Assembly: GCA_964604305.1 (NCBI GenBank)
Contig: CAZRYM010000003.1
Location: 9,186 to 73,185 of the forward strand
Length of the DNA stretch: 64,000 bases
Source of the DNA: an uncultured Thermotogaceae bacterium
GTDB lineage: Bacteria; Thermotogota; Thermotogae; MWEM01
Reading direction: 5' to 3'
The stretch's first letter is position 1, and every line of letters begins with the position of its first letter. The notes below the pieces were generated by a model. That model was not told the origin of the DNA. It made no database searches and was given only the letters and a program-made list of their open reading frames with translations. Positions 8,692-17,714 of this stretch are shown piece by piece. The position numbers were made by a program, and so were the translations under genes.

Positions 8692-11196
8692 TTGATTATA
8701 TTGAGTTCTGTTATAACAATATTCTTGATGTACAGTACCTATCAAAATGAAATGAAAAGTATTATGAAAGAAAATCTGGGGAAACTTGAGAGTCAGTATA
8801 AATCCCTTGTCATTCCTTATGAAAATTTCGCAAAATACATCTTTGATCGAGAAATCAATCAGGAATGGATTAAGTCTGAAATAAAAATAGCCGGGGTTGA
8901 TTCACAGAAGAGAGACAGCATAAGGGAAACACTCTATCACTATTATGCTGATTTTTATAGTCTCTTGGAACGGTTCAACTTTAGGCAGCTTCATTTCCAT
9001 CTTCCCGGTGCTATTAGTTTTCTCAGGATGCACAGGCCTGAAAAATACGGGGATGATTTGTCTGATGTAAGACAGTCAATCGTGTTAGCTGAACAAACCG
9101 GAGAATTTGTTAAAGGTTTTGAAGAAGGTAGGATTATAAATGGTTACAGAATGGTTTTCCCCTTGTTCCTTTTAGAAGAATTTATTGGAACAGTCGAGGT
9201 GAGCATATCTTTCAACACAATATGTCAGGATCTGACAAAGGAATTCTGCATGCCTTTTCATTTTGTCATTCATGAAGATGTTGTTCAGGAAAAAGTGTTT
9301 GAATCGGAACAAGATAATTACGTTCAAGCAGGTTTCATTGATGGTTATCTGTATGATCGCGAAGCTTATGAGAAGATCAATTCATTAGCATCCAATTCAG
9401 GCATTCCGTTTGAAGGGATTAATGAAAACCTTTCAGTCAAATATTCGGAAACAAATAGTCAAGGGGAGAGTTTTTCTTTACACACAACGATTGACGGGGT
9501 TGTTTATTCAGCTGTTTTTTTGGAGATCAAAAACTTTAAGGATAAAAATGTTGGATACTTGATTTCCTTTAAAGAAGACAAAAACATCTCGGATGTAATC
9601 AAAAAAACAAGAATAACGATGATTAATGTTATCATTATCTACCTTTTGCTTTCTATCCTGATTTACTACATGTATCGCTCAAGAGAAAATGCCTTAATAG
9701 CAAATAAAGCCAAAAGTGAATTCCTTGCCAATATGAGCCACGAGATTAGGACCCCCATGAATGGAATATTAACGGCAGCCGAAATAATTGAACAGACATC
9801 AAATGAGGACAAGCGAAAAGACTTTTTAAGAATAATCAAGGTTTCAGCTGATTCGCTTTTGCAAATCATCAACGATATCTTGGATTTATCAAAAATAGAG
9901 GCTGGAAAACTCCGGATGGAGGATATTACGTTTGACCTTCATGAAATCCTTGATGATGTGACAAAACTTATCTTCCTTTCAGCATCAAAAAAAGGTTTAG
10001 AAAGTGAGCTAATCGTTGAAGAGAATGTACCTCGTTACATTAAAGGTGATCCTTTACGTTTGAAGCAGATACTTCTTAACCTCTTAAGCAATGCTTTGAA
10101 ATTTACCGAACACGGAAAGATACAAGTTAGGGTAAAAAACGATTATTTAAGGGATGGCAATACGGAAAGAATCAATTTCAGTGTAACAGATACTGGTACA
10201 GGTATTGATGAAGAAAAGAAAAAAATACTCTTTAAAAAATTTTCGCAGGCTGATTCAACCATTACTAGAAAGTTTGGGGGAACGGGGCTGGGACTTGCCA
10301 TCAGTAAAAAACTTGTGGATATGATGAACGGAGAGATAGACTTTAAAAGTGAACCGGGATATGGAACGGAATTCTTTTTCATTATCCCTGTCAAACGATC
10401 AAACCCGGAAGAAATAGCAGAAGTTAAACGCAGTGAAGGAGCATGTTTAAAATCTGATTCTAATATTTCCAGACGCTTGAAAGTGCTTGTAGCAGAGGAT
10501 AATCAAGTCAATCAGACGATAATCAAAGAGATTCTCTCCAGCTTTGGATGGAGATATGATTTGGTTGATAATGGAAATGATGCGGTTGAACGGGCGATTA
10601 AAAATCATTATGATGTCATACTCATGGATGTCATGATGCCAATAATGGATGGGTTGGAGGCTGCAAAAAAAATTAAATCTTCACCTGGTAAAACTGATAT
10701 GCCAATAATCGCATTAACAGCAAGTGTGACTGAAAAAGATATTAAAAAAGTCTTTGAAGCTGGAATGGATGCGTATCTTGCAAAACCTATAAAAATAACG
10801 GAATTAAAGAATACGATAATAAAGCTGGTTGCATCTGAAGGAGATAAAGAATTTGAATTAGATCTGATTGATTTGAATGAAGTAAAAAAGCATATTGATG
10901 ATCTTGATATTTATTACGACACGATTATTCCCATATTTATAACAGATCTTCAACTTAACGTGAAAAAGATGGGAGAAGCTATCAAAAATGGCGATTATCA
11001 AACTTTAGCAAGCCTTTCTCATGCAATAAAACCCGGATGCATGTATGCAGGAGTGATTGGTGTATCTAATATAATTGAAAAAATCGAATTGATGGCCAAA
11101 CAGAATGAAGATATTGAAAAAATCAAACAATTGTATAAGTCTTATCAGGAAGAATCGAAAAAAGTGATTCAACAATTGCAATCACTTTGCAATTAG
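8692..11196 (+). CDS. Hybrid sensor histidine kinase (periplasmic Cache-type sensor, HisKA, HATPase, REC, HPt); start uncertain
   Basis: SFLRMHRPEKYGDDL sensor signature, FLANMSHEIRTPMNG, NLLSNALKFT, DTGTGI, GGTGLGLAI, ILMDVMMP and the HPt-like LSHAIK. Confidence 0.9.
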   Translation: MIILSSVITIFLMYSTYQNEMKSIMKENLGKLESQYKSLVIPYENFAKYIFDREINQEWIKSEIKIAGVDSQKRDSIRETLYHYYADFYSLLERFNFRQLHFHLPGAISFLRMHRPEKYGDDLSDVRQSIVLAEQTGEFVKGFEEGRIINGYRMVFPLFLLEEFIGTVEVSISFNTICQDLTKEFCMPFHFVIHEDVVQEKVFESEQDNYVQAGFIDGYLYDREAYEKINSLASNSGIPFEGINENLSVKYSETNSQGESFSLHTTIDGVVYSAVFLEIKNFKDKNVGYLISFKEDKNISDVIKKTRITMINVIIIYLLLSILIYYMYRSRENALIANKAKSEFLANMSHEIRTPMNGILTAAEIIEQTSNEDKRKDFLRIIKVSADSLLQIINDILDLSKIEAGKLRMEDITFDLHEILDDVTKLIFLSASKKGLESELIVEENVPRYIKGDPLRLKQILLNLLSNALKFTEHGKIQVRVKNDYLRDGNTERINFSVTDTGTGIDEEKKKILFKKFSQADSTITRKFGGTGLGLAISKKLVDMMNGEIDFKSEPGYGTEFFFIIPVKRSNPEEIAEVKRSEGACLKSDSNISRRLKVLVAEDNQVNQTIIKEILSSFGWRYDLVDNGNDAVERAIKNHYDVILMDVMMPIMDGLEAAKKIKSSPGKTDMPIIALTASVTEKDIKKVFEAGMDAYLAKPIKITELKNTIIKLVASEGDKEFELDLIDLNEVKKHIDDLDIYYDTIIPIFITDLQLNVKKMGEAIKNGDYQTLASLSHAIKPGCMYAGVIGVSNIIEKIELMAKQNEDIEKIKQLYKSYQEESKKVIQQLQSLCN

Positions 11197-11319
11197 AAAG
11201 ATGATTAAGAAAAAAAGGAAATGTGGAAATCAGGATCAGTAGTCTGCAAAAATCGAGATTTTTTTTGTGGGAAAGGGAATCGATGTCTTTTGAAAAAACA
11301 ATTTACAGGGAGTGAACTG

Positions 11320-12231
11320 ATGAAAAAACTGATTTATCTTATTTTACCCATACTTGTTTTATTGACCTTACACGAGTATAACGATGTGGTTTATCATTGG
11401 CCGTATTCTATCAAACCAGAGAATCCGGAAGAAGCATATGTAGTCAAAAATATAGACGGCGATACAATAAAAGTTCGTATAAACGGTGATGAAGAGACGA
11501 TTAGGATGATAGGAGTCGATACGCCTGAGACCGTTCATCCCAGCAAACCGGTGGAATTTTACGGAAAAGAAGCAAGTAACTTTACAAAAGCCCTATGTCC
11601 CACAGGTTCCACAGTTTATTTAACATACGATTGGGATCCAAGGGATAAGTACGACAGATTACTGGCATATGTCTGGTATAGACGTGATGAACAATGGATC
11701 ATGCATAATTTGAATCTTATTGTTAATGGGTATGGCCATGCTTACACAGTTTTTTCCTTTGATAAGGATTATATGGAGCTGTTTGTTGAAGCAGAACAAA
11801 AGGCCAGAGAAAAGGGATACGGTCTTTGGCAAGATTACGAAAAGCTTTTTGAAGAATCTAGTAAAAACCAAGCTTTACAGAAACCGGTTGCTACCGGTGA
11901 AAAAGAAACCGCAACACTCGTCATGAGTGAATCTAAAGGGGACTTGGAGATCGCCTACGTACAATATGAAGGAAGCAGTGAATATGTTGAAATCATAAAC
12001 CGTGGCAGTGAAACACAAACATTGAAAGGATATAAACTCATTAGCACGAAGGGTGAAGACGAATTCGTCTTTGAGGACACGATGTTATCTCCGGGAGAAT
12101 CTTTAAAGATCTATTCAGGACCTGAAGCCAAAGATAACGTCTGGACTACCGATTTTATTCATAATAACAGCGGAGACGGTGTGGTCCTGCAAGATGAAGC
12201 ATCAAATATCATTTCTTTCTATTATTGGTAA
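11320..12231 (+). CDS. Exported thermonuclease (SNase) fused to a C-terminal lamin-tail-like domain
   Basis: Hydrophobic N-terminus MKKLIYLILPILVLL, SNase motifs IDGDTI, IRMIGVDTPE and DKYDRLLAYV, and a C-terminal EYVEIIN...L.PGE.LKIYSG...NNSGDGVVL.D. Start moved to ATG 11320 behind SD AGGGAG. Confidence 0.85.
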   Translation: MKKLIYLILPILVLLTLHEYNDVVYHWPYSIKPENPEEAYVVKNIDGDTIKVRINGDEETIRMIGVDTPETVHPSKPVEFYGKEASNFTKALCPTGSTVYLTYDWDPRDKYDRLLAYVWYRRDEQWIMHNLNLIVNGYGHAYTVFSFDKDYMELFVEAEQKAREKGYGLWQDYEKLFEESSKNQALQKPVATGEKETATLVMSESKGDLEIAYVQYEGSSEYVEIINRGSETQTLKGYKLISTKGEDEFVFEDTMLSPGESLKIYSGPEAKDNVWTTDFIHNNSGDGVVLQDEASNIISFYYW

Positions 12232-12242
12232 TTTGTTTTTCA

Positions 12243-13847
12243 TTACCAGATGGCGATATATCCATCTGTTCTTTTTTCGGTTCCAGCAACATAAACTCCA
12301 GCATCGTTTCTCAGAATGATTTGTCCTCTGCCAAATAGGTTTGAATTAAGCGACACTGATATCTTGTGTCCCATTCTTTCCAGTTCATGAGCGATTGAAG
12401 AAGTGAAATCTTTTTCGATTAAAACATTTTTCCCACCTGTCCATTGCCATCTGGGGGCATCAAGAGCAGATTGAGGATTAAGTTGAAAATCAATCATATT
12501 GGAAATAACTTGAAGGTGGCCTTGTGGTTGCATATAGCCACCCATAACACCAAAGGGTCCAACCGGTTTTGATCTTTTTGTAATAAAACCGGGAATAATC
12601 GTATGATAAGGTCTTTTTTCCGGTTCTAAGCAATTGGCATGTTGTTTGTCTAAAGAAAAACTATGTCCTCTGTTTTGCAATGCGATCCCGGTTCCGGGAA
12701 CAACCAATCCAGACCCAAAACCCATATAATTACTTTGTATGAAAGAAACCATCGTCCCCTCTTTATCTGCTGTTGCCAGATAAACAGTACCGCTTTGTTG
12801 AGGAGTTCCAGCTTCAGGTGTCAGGGCATAGTCACCGATTAAAGCTGCTCTTTTGTCAATGTAGTTCTTATCAAGTAAAGCTGTGTAATTGAAGGGCATA
12901 TATTCAGATTGGGTGATGTATTTTTTGCCATCCTCAAATGCCAGTTTCAAAGCTTCTATTTCATTGTGAAAATATCCCACTTCCCTTGTGGAGCAATCCA
13001 ATTTCTCAAGTATGGAAAGAGCTTCCAGAGCAATCAATCCTTGTCCGTTGGGGGGGATTTCCCAGATCTCGTAACCGCGATAATCAGCTGAAATGGGTTC
13101 AACAATATCCGCTTTATAATTTGTAAAATCTTCCGGATTAAAATAACCTCCGGTTTGATTAGAAAAATCTATAATTTCGTGCATCAGTTCACCTGAATAA
13201 AAATCACAGGCATCAGATTCAGCAATTCGTTTGAGTGTGTCTGCATGGTTTTTTAAACGGACGATTTCACCAACATGTGGTGGTTTCCCGTTTTTTGTGA
13301 AAGTTTGGAACCAATGTTCGAATTTCGAATCCGTTAAAACCTTTTTGTAGATTTTAGCTGCATTCTTCCAGTTTTCGCAAACAGTGGGTTGTAAAACAAA
13401 GCCTTCTTGAGCATACCTTATAGCGGGCATGGCGCATTCCTTCAGGGAGAGGTTTCCAAATTCATCACAACACTTTGCCCAACCTGCCGGGGCTCCTGGA
13501 ACAGTGACTGCTTCCCAACCGAATCTGGGAATTTCCTGTAGTCCTTTTGAACTTAAAGCTTCGATTGAAATTGCCTTTGGAGAATAGCCGCTGGAATTGA
13601 TTCCGAAAAGATTATCATTTTTGGAAATAATGGCAAAATTATCTCCGCCGATTCCATTTGAAGTAGGTTCAACAACAGTCAGGCAAATAGCTGTAGCTAC
13701 AGCTGCATCCACTGCGTTTCCTCCTTTACGTAGTATTTCAAGCCCGGCCTGAGCAGCCAAAGGATTAGAAGTGGCAACAACACCGTTTTTAGCGACAACG
13801 CAATTCCTTTTAGATTCATATGGGTAATCAAATAAATTATACTTCAT
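12243..13847 (-). CDS. ggt: Gamma-glutamyltransferase family protein (no signal peptide)
   Basis: GGNAVDAA, EPTSNGIGGD, VTVPGAP, nucleophile GTVYL, KRPYHTI, GVMGG.MQPQG. Confidence 0.92.
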   Translation of the reverse strand: MKYNLFDYPYESKRNCVVAKNGVVATSNPLAAQAGLEILRKGGNAVDAAVATAICLTVVEPTSNGIGGDNFAIISKNDNLFGINSSGYSPKAISIEALSSKGLQEIPRFGWEAVTVPGAPAGWAKCCDEFGNLSLKECAMPAIRYAQEGFVLQPTVCENWKNAAKIYKKVLTDSKFEHWFQTFTKNGKPPHVGEIVRLKNHADTLKRIAESDACDFYSGELMHEIIDFSNQTGGYFNPEDFTNYKADIVEPISADYRGYEIWEIPPNGQGLIALEALSILEKLDCSTREVGYFHNEIEALKLAFEDGKKYITQSEYMPFNYTALLDKNYIDKRAALIGDYALTPEAGTPQQSGTVYLATADKEGTMVSFIQSNYMGFGSGLVVPGTGIALQNRGHSFSLDKQHANCLEPEKRPYHTIIPGFITKRSKPVGPFGVMGGYMQPQGHLQVISNMIDFQLNPQSALDAPRWQWTGGKNVLIEKDFTSSIAHELERMGHKISVSLNSNLFGRGQIILRNDAGVYVAGTEKRTDGYIAIW

Positions 13848-13956
13848 GTTGAAATCCTCCTCATGAAATCGAAGTTTTTATCTTATTCCCGTTATTATAG
13901 CATTTTCAGTTGCGAGTAATCCTGTTAATAAAAGAGAGGTTCATTATAAGAATATG

Positions 13957-15618
13957 CTAATCGTCAATACTTTCGTATAATTCTTTCAGACTAAAGGGTT
14001 TTAATAACACGATTGAAGCACCTGCTTCCAACGCTCTACTTTGAAGTTCCGGATCGGAGCTGGCAGTGAAGGCGATGATCTTTTTTTGTGGAAATCGGTT
14101 TTTTATTACTGAAATGACATGTAATGATGATCCCATTGACAATAACAGATCAATCAGGACATAATCTACATTTACAGCTATTCTGCATTTTTGAAGTGCT
14201 TCCTGAGGATTTGTAAACGTGAGGCACTGAACCCCGGCATTTCTTAAAACAAGTTCATACATGTGAAGGTTTTCAACTTCATCTTCAATCAGGAGTATTT
14301 TTTTTCCGGCTAAGTTTGTGGGGTTGTGTCCTTTTTTTTTGTTTTCTACATTACCTTGTTCGGAAGAATTTAACGGTAAAAGAAGATGAAACTGGCTGCC
14401 TTTTCCGGGAGTGCTTTGTGCCCATATGGAACCGTTTAATTCCTCTGTCAGTTCTTTGCTTATACTTAGACCCAGTCCCGATCCGGGTTTGTTTGAAGTG
14501 TTTTGTTCTCTGGAATATTTTTCAAATATATAGGATAGTTTTTCCTTTGCGATACCCGGTCCTGTATCGGATATTATAAATTTCAAATAATCCTTTCCTT
14601 CAATCTTACATTCAAGACTGACATAGCCTTTGTCAGTATATTTAATTGCATTTGAAATTAAATTGTTCAGAATCTTTTTTAAAGCAGTGCGATCAATAAA
14701 GGTGAAGGTTGGAACTGTAGCAGAAATACGGGTATTTACTTTTAGTCGCTTTTTCTTCGCCAGTATTTTCAAGCCTTTTATTGTGTTGTTGATGAGTTCA
14801 CGTATATTAGTCTTTTGTGGTGAGATTTGATAATTCCCCGAATTGATTTTTGATAAAGTAATTAAGTCGGAGATAATGTTCAAGAGGTAATTTGCTTGCT
14901 CTTCCATAATGTTTAGAAATTCGTTTATCTGAAGATTACTTTTTCTATGGTTGTTATCCCTTAAATCACTTTCTTTTTCATTTTCTTGGATCAAACTTTG
15001 CATGAGTTCAATGTATCCCATAATAACCGTTAAAGGAGTTCTAACATCATGAGATATACTTGCTACCAAATGATCACGGTAAATATTTTCGCTCTTTTTG
15101 TGGTTCAGTGTGATTCTCATCTCTAATAATATATTTATGGCAGTGGCCGTGTCCTTAAATTCTTCCAGCACCCTGTCATCAAAGTTGGCGGAATCATCTA
15201 AGATGTCAAAACACAAAACACCAAAATAATCACCAAACGGTTTAAGGCGAATCTGAAGTGTTTTCGAGATGTTTTCCTTTATACCGGCTACCAGAAAAGT
15301 CTCTTTTATTTTTTCCGGGAAATTCTCAGGAAAGTTACCACTGTTGACAATCTTAACATCCTCTTCAGGATCGATAGCAGAAAGAGATTCCTCTAAAGGG
15401 ATTACAATATTGGAGTATGGTTCATCTTCGTAACCAATGCCTGTCAAGTAATGCTCACCATCATTCTTTACTAACCAAAAGGAGGATTTATCTATGAAAT
15501 TGTAAGCATCCATGATCTCGGCCAATATCCCTTTGAAGACTGTTGCATCATCATCTTCCGATTTTAAGATGTTCAAGATATTAACAATCTTTTTTGTGTA
15601 ACTTTCTGTTTTCTTCAT
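13957..15618 (-). CDS. Cytoplasmic hybrid histidine kinase (GAF-like, HisKA, HATPase, REC)
   Basis: SHDVRTPL, NLISNAIKYT, DTGPGI, GSGLGL and a C-terminal receiver (LIEDE, VLID, LLKP). No TM segment is evident. Confidence 0.88.
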   Translation of the reverse strand: MKKTESYTKKIVNILNILKSEDDDATVFKGILAEIMDAYNFIDKSSFWLVKNDGEHYLTGIGYEDEPYSNIVIPLEESLSAIDPEEDVKIVNSGNFPENFPEKIKETFLVAGIKENISKTLQIRLKPFGDYFGVLCFDILDDSANFDDRVLEEFKDTATAINILLEMRITLNHKKSENIYRDHLVASISHDVRTPLTVIMGYIELMQSLIQENEKESDLRDNNHRKSNLQINEFLNIMEEQANYLLNIISDLITLSKINSGNYQISPQKTNIRELINNTIKGLKILAKKKRLKVNTRISATVPTFTFIDRTALKKILNNLISNAIKYTDKGYVSLECKIEGKDYLKFIISDTGPGIAKEKLSYIFEKYSREQNTSNKPGSGLGLSISKELTEELNGSIWAQSTPGKGSQFHLLLPLNSSEQGNVENKKKGHNPTNLAGKKILLIEDEVENLHMYELVLRNAGVQCLTFTNPQEALQKCRIAVNVDYVLIDLLLSMGSSLHVISVIKNRFPQKKIIAFTASSDPELQSRALEAGASIVLLKPFSLKELYESIDD

Positions 15619-15771
15619 AATTAAAAAAATTACTCCTGTTTTAAAATTAAGGAAAAATTCATGCTATAGACATTTTTATTATATCATACATCATTAAAAG
15701 TTCCTAAATCTAATTAGGAATATAAAATAATTTCTTTTGGTTTTTTAAAAGCATTAGAAAACATTAGAATT

Positions 15772-15805
15772 AAAAAAAGCCCCCCCAAAAGGCGGAGAGC
15801 TTTTT
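15772..15805 (-). terminator. Intrinsic terminator after the M18 aminopeptidase
   Basis: On the minus strand, a GC/GU stem GCTCTCCGCC-tttt-GGGGGGGC followed by a U tract. Confidence 0.6.
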
Positions 15806-15822
15806 GCAAATTCTGTTAAATC

Positions 15823-17238
15823 CTATTTAAATGATTCTATAAACGATTTATATGCCAGATATGTCTCGTAAACATCTGCTTTACTGACGATTTCAAATGG
15901 TGAATGCATCCCGATAACCGGCACACCTGCATCAACAACCATTATACCTTCCTGTGCGAAGAATTTCGCCACGGTTCCGCCACCGCCAATGTCCACTTTT
16001 CCCATTTCACCATTTTGCCAGCGAATGTCATTTTTATTGAAAAAACTTCTTAAAGCACCAAGTGTTTCAGCATCTGCATCATTTGCTCCGCCTTTTCCTC
16101 TGACACCGGTATATTTGACAAAAGCCATACCGTAACCAAATTTAGTTGCGTTTCTGGCTTCATGTACTTCTTTGAAATTAGGATTAAAAGCGGGTGCTAC
16201 GTCTCCTGAGAGCATGGTTGATCTTTCGAGAACGACTTCAAGCGGAGTATTCAATTTGTAAATGTCTTTAACAGCATTGATTACCTTTTTCCAGAAATAA
16301 CATTTTGCACCGGTACTTCCGTCACTTCCAATTTCTTCTTTATCCAAGAGCAATACACAAGCCGTTCTGTCTATGGTATCTGCATCCATAATTGCTTTTA
16401 GACCGGTATAGGAGCACACTCTGTCATCATGTCCGTATGCAGCCATCATACTTCTGTCAAAACCAACATCTCTTGGTTTTAAGGCGGGTACGATTTCTAT
16501 TTCGGCTGAGAAGAAGTCCTCCTCAGTAATACCGTATTTATCGTTTAAGAGACTTAAAACATTCATTAGTACCGGCTCTTTTGCTTTGTCTTCTTTATTA
16601 TAGGTGATGGCTCTTGAGCCGATGATTAGATTCAGTGTATTGGCGTTGAAAGCCTCATTCACATCACCTTTTTTCCTATCAAGGTGTGGAAGCAAGTCTG
16701 AGATGATGAAAACGGGATCGTTGTCATCAAAGCCTATTCTGATGTCTATTTTCTCTCCATCTTCCTTTATTACAACTCCATCCAACGCCAGGGGTATGTT
16801 ATACCAATGATATTTTTTAATACCGCCGTAATAATGGGTTGATACCATTGCAAATTCGCTGTCTTCATATAACGGGCTGGTTTTAAAGTCGATTCTCGGG
16901 GAATCCACATGAGCTGCAACCATATTCATCCCCTCTTTTAGATCATCAGTAAATCTGAAAAACGCAACGGACTTTCCCCGGTTGTTTACGTATAATTTTG
17001 TGTCCGCTAGCTTTTTTGGTGGTTTTTTTAAAAAATCTTCATAATCGATAAATCCCTTTGTTTTCGCAAGTTCGATGGCTTCAGTAACGGAACGCCTTTC
17101 AGTTGTTGATTTTTCAAGGTAATCAGCGTAGTCTTTTGTGAAGGCGTAAATTTGTTTTGTGTCTCTTTCGGCCCAAACGTTTTTTGGGTTTTTTCTCAAT
17201 TTTTGATACATTTCTTCATATTTGTTTTTCTTTGCCAT
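15823..17238 (-). CDS. apeA: M18 family aminopeptidase
   Basis: AAHVDSPR, HYYGGIKKY, GHDDRVC, DKEEIGS, GMHSPFE. Confidence 0.92.
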   Translation of the reverse strand: MAKKNKYEEMYQKLRKNPKNVWAERDTKQIYAFTKDYADYLEKSTTERRSVTEAIELAKTKGFIDYEDFLKKPPKKLADTKLYVNNRGKSVAFFRFTDDLKEGMNMVAAHVDSPRIDFKTSPLYEDSEFAMVSTHYYGGIKKYHWYNIPLALDGVVIKEDGEKIDIRIGFDDNDPVFIISDLLPHLDRKKGDVNEAFNANTLNLIIGSRAITYNKEDKAKEPVLMNVLSLLNDKYGITEEDFFSAEIEIVPALKPRDVGFDRSMMAAYGHDDRVCSYTGLKAIMDADTIDRTACVLLLDKEEIGSDGSTGAKCYFWKKVINAVKDIYKLNTPLEVVLERSTMLSGDVAPAFNPNFKEVHEARNATKFGYGMAFVKYTGVRGKGGANDADAETLGALRSFFNKNDIRWQNGEMGKVDIGGGGTVAKFFAQEGIMVVDAGVPVIGMHSPFEIVSKADVYETYLAYKSFIESFK

Positions 17239-17303
17239 TATTCCTTCACCTCATATAATATTTTTGAATCAACCATAAACTTAGTAAAACTAACTTTCAA
17301 TTT

Positions 17304-17330
17304 AAAAATAAAGGCGACAATAGCCGCCCT
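17304..17330 (-). terminator. Intrinsic terminator after ferredoxin
   Basis: Minus strand AGGGCGGC-tatt-GTCGCCTT followed by TATTTTT. Confidence 0.55.
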
Positions 17331-17383
17331 TATTATAACTATTAAAAAACGGATTACGCACTGCGCGCTTTAATCGTTAAGTT

Positions 17384-17611
<228 letters not shown>

Positions 17612-17714
17612 TTATATCATAAAGTAACTCTACTAGTTTCAAAATTGACCGATCTTTAATCATAAATATCTCTATGCTATAATATCGCAAAAGAAAACAC
17701 AGTGGAGGTAAATA

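Noticed and set aside
14331-14340. Homopolymer tracts (T8-T9, C6-C7) as phase-variation switches
   Set aside because: Such runs are common in AT-rich coding DNA and terminators, and all affected ORFs are in frame.
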